Shown here: positions 1 to 10,239 of the stretch, piece after piece
Numbering within the stretch: the first letter of the stretch is position 1
Layout of the letters: the number at the start of each line of letters is the position of its first letter
Assembly (NCBI GenBank): GCA_041891055.1
Contig: CP169075.1
Location: 1 to 64,000 of the forward strand
DNA from: Halorutilales archaeon Cl-col2-1
GTDB lineage: Archaea > Halobacteriota > Halobacteria > Halobacteriales > Afararchaeaceae
Direction of reading: 5' to 3'
Length of the DNA: 64,000 bases
Program-made: the position numbers and the translations under genes
The notes under the pieces: generated by a model
Databases searched by the model: none
Told to the model about the DNA's origin: nothing
What the model saw: only the letters and a program-made list of their open reading frames with translations

Positions 1-28
1 GAGATGGGATATCCTTGTGAGGTCAAGA

Positions 29-376
29 TCAACTCCCCACAGGTGCGACGTATTCGGATTTGATCTTCTCGCCTTCTCTCCATTGATAGTAGTAGTAATC
101 GCTACCCTCGATTGTCTTCACAGTCAGTGTAGCCTTAGCCGGAGCATCGAGGTCGTCTACGAGATCTTCCCACTCGTCTTCATCCCAGTCGTCAGGCACG
201 TCTTGCTCGACGACGTCACCAGCTATCTCGTCTTCGGAGAGCTCACGGTTCTCCTTCCACTCGGCTAACTCTTCAGCCCACTTGGATAAGTCTCGGAGAG
301 TGTTTGCGTCCTGGCTATTCACTCCTTTTCTCACGTATTTCGGGACGTTCGAAGGTGCGGGCGGTCTCTCAGTCAT
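29..376 (-). CDS. Small acidic haloarchaeal protein (DUF6788-like C-terminus, putative DNA-binding), copy 1
   Basis: 115-aa ORF ending TVKTIEGSDYYYYQWREGEKIKSEYVAP; near-identical copy at 33734-34081; ATG abuts an inverted repeat that encloses a TATA-like sequence. Confidence 0.8.
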   Translation of the reverse strand: MTERPPAPSNVPKYVRKGVNSQDANTLRDLSKWAEELAEWKENRELSEDEIAGDVVEQDVPDDWDEDEWEDLVDDLDAPAKATLTVKTIEGSDYYYYQWREGEKIKSEYVAPVGS

Positions 377-424
377 AGCTAACCAACATTTTAGACAGAT
401 AGTATAAAATCTGTTGGTTAGCTA
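376..424. repeat. IR-A inverted repeat (TAGCTAACCAACA-N23-TGTTGGTTAGCTA) enclosing a TATA-like box; probable operator/promoter
   Basis: Perfect 13-bp arms; TTTTATA on the minus strand inside the spacer, ~25-30 nt before the ATG at 376. Confidence 0.85.
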
Positions 425-539
425 AGATAGAATAGACTCCGGGGAAAATTGAAACACCACAGTTAAGCACGCTCATATCTTCGTTGAACCTGTGGTGTAA
501 AAAAACAGCGAGAGTTCAACAGGTTGACCCCGTAGTCGA

Positions 540-3500
540 TCACCTTCTATAGAGACCGATAAGCAAAGAGAAGACGAAAGCTAAGACAGCCGCGACGACT
601 CCGAAGCCAGGCTGTCCTTCTCCTTGTTCTTGCTGTTGTTCGTCAGTAGTCTCCTGTTGTTGCTGTTGGTCAGTAGTCTGATCCTGTCTATCGTCGCCTT
701 CTTGGACGTCTTGGTCGGTCTCTGTTTCGGTAGTCTGGTCTTGGCTTCCGTCGGAGACAGTGGAGTCATCGTCTGGTTCGTCTGCTGTCGTATTCTTCGG
801 TTCTACGTCTACGGTACCGGCAGTTGTGCCGTCGACTGAGACCGTATAGCTCCCTGTTTCGTCGAAGATGTGGCTGAATCTAACCGTCCTTTGCTTGAGT
901 ATTCGTACCTCTGTGTCTTTGGTCTCTACTGTCTCGCCGTCGACGATGAGCGAAGCCGTGTAGGTTCCCGTACTTCCCGTGTTCTCGACTACAGCTTCGA
1001 CAGTGACTTCCTCGCCTACAGTGGTTTGGATTGGTGAGACTCCCGCAGTTGTTACGTCGAAGTCCGGCTCTACATCTCCTGAGCCTCCGCCTGTGCTAGT
1101 CTGGGTACTTGTACTCGTACTCGGGACAGTGACGACGAACTGTGAGAAGCCCGGGGTATCAGCTTTGTAGAAGTAATACGTGTTAGACTCTCCGGTCTGT
1201 GTGATATTCATCTCGTTCCACTGTGACTGTGTTGTGTTGTACCGGTATAGCTTGACGTCACCCGCTCCAGCATTGCTCGGCAGGCTGTCTTTACGTACTC
1301 TGAACTCTATGGTAGTGTTGTCGTAGACTGACTCGGGTGTACTGGTTGAGTGGTTGAGCCTAACGTATTCGAGAGGATTCTGACTGTTACTACTATAGCT
1401 CTGGGCGTCGTTGCCTCCGATTGGGCTTTTCGAGTGAGTTATGTTTATCTTGAAGCTGGTCTCGTTATGGACGGTCATATTGAGTAGACGGAAGCTAGCC
1501 GATTCTCCGCTACTCTTTTGGCTTGTGACATTTACACTCAGATTGGCTCCATCAGGGATGTTCTTACCTTCGACATCTACTTGGGGACTCTGTGACGACG
1601 AGTTGACAGATATATTCAGTCCTTCTTGGAGTCCAGGCGCGGGCGACTGGGTGTTGTTCCGTAGGTACGGGTACGAGATGTGGGTGGGGTTGTCGAAGAC
1701 TTCCCAAGTATTCTCGAAGTCGAAGCCGGCGAGGCTAGTGTTCGCCTTGAGTTGGTCGGTCGTGAGTCCCGTCGAGTCGTTGTCCGTATACTGTGTTGCT
1801 TTCCCGATGCCGTCTGTCTGATTGGTCGTGTTCACGTCCCAGTAGGCGTCGGTCACCGTGCCTTGGTCGTCGAACCCGACAAGTCCGCCGACATCTGTAT
1901 CACCCGAGACAGGTCCGGCTGTATACGACGATTTCACTGTTCCGACGTTGTCGCCGACAAACCCGCCGACTGAATCGTTGCCGGAGACGTTACCGGTCGC
2001 GTACGATGATTTCACCGTCCCGTAAGCAGTGTTCTCGCCGACAAGTCCGCCGACTTCTGTATCACCTGAGACAGGCCCAGTCGCGTATGACAACTCTGCT
2101 GTCCCCGAGTTTTGTCCGATAAGTCCTCCGGTCTTGTTAGATCCGGAGACGGTACCGGTCGCGTACGATCGATCCACTGTCCCGCCGTTGTCGCCGACGA
2201 GCCCGCCGACATAGCATCCATCGAGGACGATACAGTCAGAATCAGAACTGACAGTCGCCGTCGAGTGTGATGCATTCACCGTCCCGCCATCCTTGTTTTC
2301 TCCGACGAGTCCGCCCACCTTTCCGGATCCAGAAACGTTCCCCGTCGAATACGCTGAGTTCACCGTCCCGGTGTTGTTGCCGACGAGCGTGCCGACGCGG
2401 TTGTTCGCGTTGCTCACGTCGGCATCTTCGAGACCGACGTTCTCGATGATGGCTTCCACTCCCGTATTGCCGAACAGACCCGTGCCGTCGGTGTCAGGAC
2501 GGGCACGGTCGATGTACAGGCCCGTTATCGTGTGGTTGGCACCGTCGAAACTCCCGGTGAACGCTGTTGGTGAATCGCCGATAGGGACGAAGCCTTTGCC
2601 GCTGTTGGACGTATCTGACGCCACGTCGTCATAGCCCACCGTCGACTCGTTCAGGTCGGCGACGAGCGTGAAGTTCGCACCGAGGTTATCGCGGGTGTTG
2701 TTGAGATGGTACCAGTTGGCTATCTCGTAGGGGTCTGACTCGGTGCCCAAGCCGCCGGCGTAGGTATCGGGCGGGGCGACCGACACGGTCTGTGTCGCCG
2801 TGTCATTCTTGCTGGCGACACTGACCTCGATGGCTGGCGTATCGTCGGAACCCGTCGCGTAGGTGAACGTCTCCGTCGTCGACTCGGAGGCATCCAGCGT
2901 GACCGAACGGTTCGCCTCGGTCGTGCCATTGACGGTAAGCTTGATCGTCTGCGTCCCGCTTTCCCCGCCTGTATTCTCGATTCTCGCGTCGACGACGACA
3001 TCGCCGCCGGCGGTGACAGAGGCGTTGACATCCGTGACACTCACTGAAAAGCTCGCCGTCGTCTTCTCCAAGACAGTGATCTTGTCTGTCGTCGCGGTGT
3101 TTGTGGTTAGATTGTCGGTCGCAGTCACAGTGTACGGGCCATCGTCGGCGTTGAGACCGTCTATCTTCTGCGGGTCGAAGGTGAGCGTCGTCGACCCGTC
3201 GCCGGCGAGGGTCTGCTCGCGCGTCGTGACGACTTCTCCAGCGTCGTTCTCAAGCACGGCAGTAAACGGTTTGCCGCCACGGAGCGCGGTAACATCGATC
3301 TCGAATGCTGTTTCGTCGCTCACTGCCGTCGTATTAGCGGCAACGGACCACCCGAGATCCCGGAGCTCGAAGTACTCGACGTTGGAACTGGTGTTGTCAA
3401 ACTCGAGTTCGACGATTTCACCGGTATCGAACTGCGAACTCGCTGGGTCGAGGACCACTATTTTACTGTTCGGTCCGGTTGAGAGATCCTGACCAGTCGC

Positions 3501-6500
3501 GTTGATGAAGACGCCTGTGTTGGTGCCGGCGAGATCAGAGCGAATAGCGATGGGTGCTCCGCGGTAGATGCGCTTGGCATTGATCGGATCGTCGATCCCA
3601 TCGCTTTCGTCGATAACCGCACTGGTGACCGTAGCTTGTCCAGAAACATGTGTCGTTTCGGCAGTGGAGTCCTCGAACGACAGGTCGAACGCGACGGTCA
3701 GATTCCGAATGGGGTCGATGTCGACGGGACTGCCGCTGCTGAGCAGTGTGATGGTATGATTGGTGGCACCCGTACCGGTCGATGGAGTAACGGTCGTATT
3801 GTCGATAGGGCCCGCAGTTGTGCCGTCGGATGCGTTGTAGATCTCGCTGCCGTCGAGGAACACCTGCAGAGAGTTCGACTCGATGGCCGTCGTCTCGTTC
3901 GTCACGATCTCGATGCCCCCGCCGGCCTCGATTGTCGATTGGATTCCCGGACTGTCAGTCAATGCGGACTCGAAGCTGACCGCCGCAGTGTCTGTGTCAC
4001 TCTCGCTTGCGACGGTCATGTCGCCAGAGCCAGCGTCGCTCGACTCGGTGCCCCACTCCAGCGTCACTGTCGTCGAATTGCCGCCGTCCAGCGTCACCGA
4101 CTGGCTGTCGACCTGCAGGCCGTCGATGTCCGCCAGCGTGACCGTCCTTGTGGTGGTGATATTCCCTTCGTTGGTCACCGTCGCCGTAACCGACAGCGTT
4201 TCGCCGGGCGACACCGGTGCGTTCGTCGACTCGATGGACACCGAGAAGTTCCCCGGTGGAGTATTGGAGACGGTTATCTCGTCGGTCGTCGCAGTGTTGG
4301 TGGTCTGATTGTCGGTTGCAGTCACGGTATAGGGACTCTCGTCGGCGTTGAGACCGTCTATCTTCTGCGGGTCGAAGGTGAGCGTTGTCGAGCCGCCGGC
4401 GGCGAGAGACTGCTGACGTGTCGCGACGACATCGCCAGCGTCGTTTTCCAGGTTGGCGGTGAACGGTTCGCCACCCCGTAACGCAGTGACATCAACGTTG
4501 AGGGTCGACTCGTTCGAGACGGTGGTCTGTCTGGCAGCGACCGACCAGTTGAGGTCTCGCAGGACGAAGTACTCGAGGTTGGAACTGTTGCTGTCGAACT
4601 CGACCTCGACGATTTCACCGGTGTCGAACTGCGAATCCGCGGAGTCGACGGTCAGCATACGGCTGTATTGCGCCGTCGAGAGATCGTGACCGGTCGCGTT
4701 GAGGTAGACTTCCGTGTCATTCCCGGAGCGATCCGCGTGAAAGGCGATGGGAGCCCCGCGGTAGATGCGCTGGGCGTTGCTCACTGTATCGTTGCCGGCA
4801 CTCTCCAGAACAACCGCACCGGTGACGGTGACTGCCTGTGACTCCTGTGCCGTGACCGTCTGCCCATCGACTGTTCGTTCGAGACCGACGACGACGGTTA
4901 AATTCCGAGTGGGATCGATGTCGACGGGACTGCCGCCGCTGGTCAGCGTGATCGTGTGGTTGCGGGACGCCGTGCCAGGCGAGGGGCTGAGGGTCACCCC
5001 ATCGATGGGTCCGGAAGCCGTGCCGTCGGAGGCATTGTAGATCTCGGTTCCGTCGAGGAACACCTGCAACGAGTTCGACTCGACGGCTGCCGGTTCGTCC
5101 GTCACGAGTTCGACGGTTCCGTTGGCTTCGGTTGCCGTTCGGATTGTTGCCGGAGCCGTATCGACGGTAACGGTCGTGGTTGCGGTGTCGTTCTCGCTTG
5201 CCACACCGACCTCTATCGCTGGCGTATCGCCGGACTCCGTCGTGTACGAAAACGTCTCCGTGGTCGTTTCGGAGGCGTTCAGGGAGACCGACCGGCTCGT
5301 CTCAGTCGTGCTGTTGACGATAAGCTCGACTGTCTGCGTCCCCCTTTCCCCGCCTGTATTCTCGACTGTCGCGACGACGACGACATCCTCTCCAGCGGTG
5401 ACCGACTCGTTAACGTCGGCGATACGCACATCGAAGTACGGATCGCTCGTGGAGGTAACGGTGATAGCGGCGCTGTCGGTCACCGCCGTCCCGTTCTCCG
5501 TGTACGGTTCGTCGACCGAGAAACCGGACTCGAACTCGAATTGCTCGTCGCCGTCCGTGTCCTGGTGGGGCATTGCCACCACTGTCGTGTCCTCGTCGAG
5601 CGTCGAATCGAGCGTGATCTCGACGTCGCTGTCACTGCCCGACTCGATATAGTCACTGTTCCCGATGACCGTGCCGCTGGCGTTGTCTCGGTGCATCGCG
5701 ACGAACCCGCCGTCGGACATGGTGACCGACTCGACGGTGACGGTGCTGCCGAACGATTCCTGATCGTTAAACGTGATGGAGGCACTCGTGTCTCCGATAC
5801 GACCGTCGACTAGCTGGTCGATTATTTGCTCGTTGTCTCGCTTGACGTCGATTGTGAAGTTCGCACCCTGTTCATTCCCGCTGAAGTCCGCCGTCGTCGA
5901 CCACGTTCCGTCGGGCTGGACGTACGTGGTCAGGGGCTCCACGAACGGGTTGCCCTCGTCGGTGCCGGTGACTCTGATAGTGAGTTCCGTCCCCGGGGCG
6001 ACGTTCGCCGTCCCCGAGATCGTCTGTCCGGCGGCTTTGTCAACCAGTACCTCGTCGACAACCCCGTCGTTGTCGATGTCCGCGTTCGTGTCGACGGTGG
6101 CGGTCGGTTCCTCGAAGGACCACTCGTCGCGGACCGTCGTGGTGTCGTCGTTGACGCCGTCCGCGTCGCTGGTCGTGAAGTTCGTCACCAGTTCATTACC
6201 AGCGCTGAACTCGGCGACACGGTCCGTGTCGATGACCAGCCAGTAGATGTCGTCGTTGGCGTCGACTATCAGGTCGCTGGTGCTCCGGTTGAGCGTCGCC
6301 GAGTAGGCGTCTACGTTCGCACCTGGGTTGGTCTGGTTGATAAAGAACTCCCAGGCAGCACTATCACTGTCAGTCTCCTCGAAGAACGCGGCCGTCGCGT
6401 TCGGACTGTCACCGGCCGTCCGGTTTGCCAGCACGCCTTCGAGCCCGCTGGCGTCGATTCGGGTAAGCAGGACGTCACCGTCCACGACCACCGAACTCTC

Positions 6501-9500
6501 GGTGATGTTATCGTCGCTCTGGAGCATCGAGATGTCGCTACCGTCCGCAATGTCACTTGCTCGACTCTCGGGTGCGACGTACGTGGTTACGCTATCCGTC
6601 GAGCGCTCGCTCAGCTGCAGCGTCCCGGTCGCGTCTTCGCCGTCGGCGGTCTCCGACGGTGGCGTCGTTCCGGCAACGGCCGACACTGCGTAATCGTCGG
6701 CGCCCAGCGTCTTTTCCGACGGGGTGGATACGTTGTCGTTGGCGTCGAAGGCACCGCTGTCTGACTCGACATCGACGACGCTATCGGCGTCATCCGCCGT
6801 CGAATAGACCCGATAGCCGTTGTCGCTCGTCCCGGCGGTGTACGTGTTGAACTCCAGTGCAACGAAGTCGTCGTCGTCGCCGTCCTCGACGGTGACGTTC
6901 TGGGCCCAGTTGTTCGCGCCCACAGTCCCGATCGTGACTGTCGCGGTGTCCGTATTCGAGAGCAAGAGAGCGATAGTGGCGACATCGCCGCGCTCTTCGC
7001 TGTAGATACTTTGATTGAGGGAGACGGAACCCGATGGGGGTTCACTGACACCTACTTCCTCGGTCGTGGCCGTCTCGTTCTCGCTTTCGACACCGACCTC
7101 AATCGCCGGTGTGTCGCCGGTACTCGTCGCGTAGGTGAACTTCTCCGTCGTCGACTCGGAGGCATCCAGCGTGACCGAACGGTTCTCCTCGGTCGTGCCA
7201 TTGACGGTAAGATTGATCATCTGCGTCCCGCTCGCGCTACCCGTATTCTCGATCTTCGCGTCGACGACGACATCGTCGCCGGCGGTGACAGAGGCGTTGA
7301 CATCGGCGATACGCACATCGAAGTACGGACCGCTCGTGGAGACCGACTCCAGCCCCGGCGCTGGCGTCTGGGTGTTGACCTGGAGATACGGATACGAGAC
7401 CTGGGAGGCGTTGTAAATTGCCCACGTGCTCGTGTAATCGAATCCATCGAGACTCTCGTTGCCCTTGAGTTGGTCGGTCGTGAGTCCAGTGACATCGCCA
7501 GACCCTAACCCTATTCCGTCCGATTGATTCGTCGTATTCACGTCCCAGTACCCGTCACTCACCGTCCCCTCGTCGTGCCAGCCGACAAGTCCGCCGACTT
7601 CTGAGTCGCCGGAGACGTTGCCCGTCGCATACGCTTGCGCCACCGTTCCGAGGTCGTACCCGATTAGACCGCCGACGTGGTCGGTTGAGCTAGAGACGCT
7701 TCCTGTCGCGTAGGATCGCTTGACCGTCCCGACGTTGTTGCCGACGAGCCCACCGACATGGATGTCTGAACTGGAGACACTTCCTGTCGCGTAGGATCGC
7801 TCGACCGTTCCGTCATTATATCCGACCAGCCCGCCGATAGTGCTTCCATCCCCGGAGACGGTGCCCGTCGCGTTCGATGATGCCACCGTCCCGGTGTTGG
7901 AGCCGACGAGTCCACCAACCTGGCTATTCCCGGAGACGTTCCCCGTCACGGAGGACATCTTCACTGTTCCGTCGTTAGAGCCAACCAGTCCGCCGAGTTT
8001 GTTGGCATTAGGGCTGGAAAGATTGCCAGCCGCGTACGAGGAATTCACTGTCCCGCGGTTGAAGCCGACCAGTCCGCCAACATCCTCGGACCCGGAAACG
8101 TTAGCCGTCGTGTTCGAGAACTTCACCGTTCCGCCGTCATTATAACCGACGAGTCCACCGTTTTTAAATGCGGTTCCAGAGATGTCCCCTGAGACCGACG
8201 ATCCCTTCACAGTCCCGCTGTTCCGGCCGACGAGCCCGCCAATATTGTTATAAATATCTGGATTGTTCACGTCAGCGTCTGCGAGACTCAGATTCTGGAG
8301 TAGCGCCCCCGACCCGGTCCTGCCGAACAGTCCGGTGCCATCCGCAGAGTCGCGAGATCGGTCGATGTACAGTCCCGTAATCGTGTGATTACTGCCATCG
8401 AACGTGCCATTGAACGTCGCGGTGTCGGATCCGATGGGTTCGAACCCCTTCCCGCCGTTCGCCGTTGCGTTTGCCACCTCGTCGTAGCCGGTCGTCGACT
8501 CGTTCAGATCGGTGACGACCGTGAAGTTCGCCCCGGGCGTGTCGCCGACGTTGTCGAGATGCGTCCAGTCGGCGATGTGCCATGGATCCGTGTCGGTGCC
8601 GACGCCGTCCGCGAAGAGGGCGGCCTGCAGTCCCGGCGCGGGCTGTTGGGTATTGTTCAGCAGGGACGGATACGAGACGTTCTCGCCGTCGACAGTCGTC
8701 CACGTGGTGTCGAAATCCAACCCGTCCATGTATTCGACGGCGGCACCGCCGGTCATCTCCGCCGTCGTGAGTCCGGTGCCGCCATCGGAGGTGCTCTGGT
8801 TGGTCGTCTCGATATCCCAGTAGGAATTGATGACCGTCCCGCCGTAGGTGATGCCAATAACTCCGCCGACACTGCTGTTACCCGTTACGGTGCCAGTCGC
8901 GTACGAGGATGTAATCATCCCCTCAGAATCGTATCCGACGAGGCCGCCGACATCGTTGTCACCGGAGACGTTACCGCTTGCGTACGAGGCGTCAATCGTC
9001 CCTGTATTTTGCCCCACCAGGCCACCGACCTGTCCGTCGTTGGCGGAGACGTCACCGATTGCATACGACTGTTCAACCGTTCCCTCCCTGTTCCAGCCGA
9101 CGAGCCCGCCGACATTACTGGAAGAGCCAGTGACGTTCCCTGTCGCGTATGTCGAATGCACCGCCCCGCCGTCGTTCTCACCGACAAGCCCGCCGACATC
9201 GTCTTGTCCGGAGACGTTGCCGGTCGCGTCCGAGGAGTTGACTGTCCCTGTATTGAAGCCGACCAGACCACCGACCCTTTCGGTGCCGGAGACGTTCGCC
9301 GATGCGGACGAGTCATCCACTGACCCCGTATTTTGTCCCACCACCCCGCCGACATGGTAAGTGCCTGAGACGGTTCCGGAGACGTTTCCAGACACGGACG
9401 TCCCGTTCACTGTTCCTTCGTTGTAACCGACTAACCCGCCGATATTTTCCTCAATATCATCTGGATTATTTACCTCAGCGTCTGCCAGACTGACGTTCTC

Positions 9501-10019
9501 GATCATCGCCCCCGAGCCACTCCTGCCAAACAGCCCGGTGCCATCTGCACTCTCCCGGGAGCGATTGATGTACAGTCCCGTTATCGCGTAGCCGCTGCCG
9601 TCGAAACTCCCGGTGAACGGTGTCGTCTCGTTGCCGATTGGCGCGAATCCGTCGCCACCGTTCCACGAGCTCGTGTTGCTCGCGTCGATGTCTCCCGCGA
9701 CCGTGTAGTTCGCGTCCAGGTCGCCCGCCACCGCCTGGAGTTCGGTGACGTTCGTGATGTTGTAGGGAGAGTCGGCGGTGCCGTTGCCCTCCATCCCGTC
9801 GAGGATATCGGAGTAGTTGCCCGCGTCGGGCGCGTTCGCCGCAGCGGTGCCAGCCCCGCCCGTCGACAGCGCCAGCACCGACACCAACACCAGCGATACA
9901 AGATATACCGCCCTTAGCTTTCCAGAAGCCTTTTTGCTCTGTCGCTGGACGAGTGCCCTCCGCTCATCTTCGTCTCGTGTCACGGATTCGTCGAGTCGTT
10001 TCCCTTGGTCGTTGCTCAT
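540..10019 (-). CDS. Giant cell-surface glycoprotein/adhesin (~3,160 aa): GLUG repeats, CARDB-like Ig domains, S-layer-like segment, PGF-pre-PGF, PGF-CTERM anchor
   Basis: Many VGGLVGxN repeats, many NxS/T sequons, hydrophobic signal region, ADTPGFSQF motif, C-terminal GQPGFG + TM + RR; start placed at MSNDQG (10019) rather than the ORF-track start 10292, which overlaps the divergent gene. Confidence 0.9.
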   Translation of the reverse strand: MSNDQGKRLDESVTRDEDERRALVQRQSKKASGKLRAVYLVSLVLVSVLALSTGGAGTAAANAPDAGNYSDILDGMEGNGTADSPYNITNVTELQAVAGDLDANYTVAGDIDASNTSSWNGGDGFAPIGNETTPFTGSFDGSGYAITGLYINRSRESADGTGLFGRSGSGAMIENVSLADAEVNNPDDIEENIGGLVGYNEGTVNGTSVSGNVSGTVSGTYHVGGVVGQNTGSVDDSSASANVSGTERVGGLVGFNTGTVNSSDATGNVSGQDDVGGLVGENDGGAVHSTYATGNVTGSSSNVGGLVGWNREGTVEQSYAIGDVSANDGQVGGLVGQNTGTIDASYASGNVSGDNDVGGLVGYDSEGMITSSYATGTVTGNSSVGGVIGITYGGTVINSYWDIETTNQSTSDGGTGLTTAEMTGGAAVEYMDGLDFDTTWTTVDGENVSYPSLLNNTQQPAPGLQAALFADGVGTDTDPWHIADWTHLDNVGDTPGANFTVVTDLNESTTGYDEVANATANGGKGFEPIGSDTATFNGTFDGSNHTITGLYIDRSRDSADGTGLFGRTGSGALLQNLSLADADVNNPDIYNNIGGLVGRNSGTVKGSSVSGDISGTAFKNGGLVGYNDGGTVKFSNTTANVSGSEDVGGLVGFNRGTVNSSYAAGNLSSPNANKLGGLVGSNDGTVKMSSVTGNVSGNSQVGGLVGSNTGTVASSNATGTVSGDGSTIGGLVGYNDGTVERSYATGSVSSSDIHVGGLVGNNVGTVKRSYATGSVSSSTDHVGGLIGYDLGTVAQAYATGNVSGDSEVGGLVGWHDEGTVSDGYWDVNTTNQSDGIGLGSGDVTGLTTDQLKGNESLDGFDYTSTWAIYNASQVSYPYLQVNTQTPAPGLESVSTSGPYFDVRIADVNASVTAGDDVVVDAKIENTGSASGTQMINLTVNGTTEENRSVTLDASESTTEKFTYATSTGDTPAIEVGVESENETATTEEVGVSEPPSGSVSLNQSIYSEERGDVATIALLLSNTDTATVTIGTVGANNWAQNVTVEDGDDDDFVALEFNTYTAGTSDNGYRVYSTADDADSVVDVESDSGAFDANDNVSTPSEKTLGADDYAVSAVAGTTPPSETADGEDATGTLQLSERSTDSVTTYVAPESRASDIADGSDISMLQSDDNITESSVVVDGDVLLTRIDASGLEGVLANRTAGDSPNATAAFFEETDSDSAAWEFFINQTNPGANVDAYSATLNRSTSDLIVDANDDIYWLVIDTDRVAEFSAGNELVTNFTTSDADGVNDDTTTVRDEWSFEEPTATVDTNADIDNDGVVDEVLVDKAAGQTISGTANVAPGTELTIRVTGTDEGNPFVEPLTTYVQPDGTWSTTADFSGNEQGANFTIDVKRDNEQIIDQLVDGRIGDTSASITFNDQESFGSTVTVESVTMSDGGFVAMHRDNASGTVIGNSDYIESGSDSDVEITLDSTLDEDTTVVAMPHQDTDGDEQFEFESGFSVDEPYTENGTAVTDSAAITVTSTSDPYFDVRIADVNESVTAGEDVVVVATVENTGGERGTQTVELIVNSTTETSRSVSLNASETTTETFSYTTESGDTPAIEVGVASENDTATTTVTVDTAPATIRTATEANGTVELVTDEPAAVESNSLQVFLDGTEIYNASDGTASGPIDGVTLSPSPGTASRNHTITLTSGGSPVDIDPTRNLTVVVGLERTVDGQTVTAQESQAVTVTGAVVLESAGNDTVSNAQRIYRGAPIAFHADRSGNDTEVYLNATGHDLSTAQYSRMLTVDSADSQFDTGEIVEVEFDSNSSNLEYFVLRDLNWSVAARQTTVSNESTLNVDVTALRGGEPFTANLENDAGDVVATRQQSLAAGGSTTLTFDPQKIDGLNADESPYTVTATDNQTTNTATTDEITVSNTPPGNFSVSIESTNAPVSPGETLSVTATVTNEGNITTTRTVTLADIDGLQVDSQSVTLDGGNSTTVTLEWGTESSDAGSGDMTVASESDTDTAAVSFESALTDSPGIQSTIEAGGGIEIVTNETTAIESNSLQVFLDGSEIYNASDGTTAGPIDNTTVTPSTGTGATNHTITLLSSGSPVDIDPIRNLTVAFDLSFEDSTAETTHVSGQATVTSAVIDESDGIDDPINAKRIYRGAPIAIRSDLAGTNTGVFINATGQDLSTGPNSKIVVLDPASSQFDTGEIVELEFDNTSSNVEYFELRDLGWSVAANTTAVSDETAFEIDVTALRGGKPFTAVLENDAGEVVTTREQTLAGDGSTTLTFDPQKIDGLNADDGPYTVTATDNLTTNTATTDKITVLEKTTASFSVSVTDVNASVTAGGDVVVDARIENTGGESGTQTIKLTVNGTTEANRSVTLDASESTTETFTYATGSDDTPAIEVSVASKNDTATQTVSVAPPDTYAGGLGTESDPYEIANWYHLNNTRDNLGANFTLVADLNESTVGYDDVASDTSNSGKGFVPIGDSPTAFTGSFDGANHTITGLYIDRARPDTDGTGLFGNTGVEAIIENVGLEDADVSNANNRVGTLVGNNTGTVNSAYSTGNVSGSGKVGGLVGENKDGGTVNASHSTATVSSDSDCIVLDGCYVGGLVGDNGGTVDRSYATGTVSGSNKTGGLIGQNSGTAELSYATGPVSGDTEVGGLVGENTAYGTVKSSYATGNVSGNDSVGGFVGDNVGTVKSSYTAGPVSGDTDVGGLVGFDDQGTVTDAYWDVNTTNQTDGIGKATQYTDNDSTGLTTDQLKANTSLAGFDFENTWEVFDNPTHISYPYLRNNTQSPAPGLQEGLNISVNSSSQSPQVDVEGKNIPDGANLSVNVTSQKSSGESASFRLLNMTVHNETSFKINITHSKSPIGGNDAQSYSSNSQNPLEYVRLNHSTSTPESVYDNTTIEFRVRKDSLPSNAGAGDVKLYRYNTTQSQWNEMNITQTGESNTYYFYKADTPGFSQFVVTVPSTSTSTQTSTGGGSGDVEPDFDVTTAGVSPIQTTVGEEVTVEAVVENTGSTGTYTASLIVDGETVETKDTEVRILKQRTVRFSHIFDETGSYTVSVDGTTAGTVDVEPKNTTADEPDDDSTVSDGSQDQTTETETDQDVQEGDDRQDQTTDQQQQQETTDEQQQEQGEGQPGFGVVAAVLAFVFSLLIGLYRR

Positions 10020-10239
10020 CGGGATACCACCGCGTCCGCGTGTGTGATGACGACGGTCATTATCACCTACTTGTGAAGATATCCCCGTAAAGATGATACC
10101 AGCATATGCTAGACAGTCTCGAACCGTCCGAACCGTATATCCTCGTACAGACTTACGCCTCCGGCTTAGACACGAGCATACAGATCCCGACCGGGTACCA
10201 CCGTATGAAGGCATACCCTTTAGGGGATAGCACCAGTGA

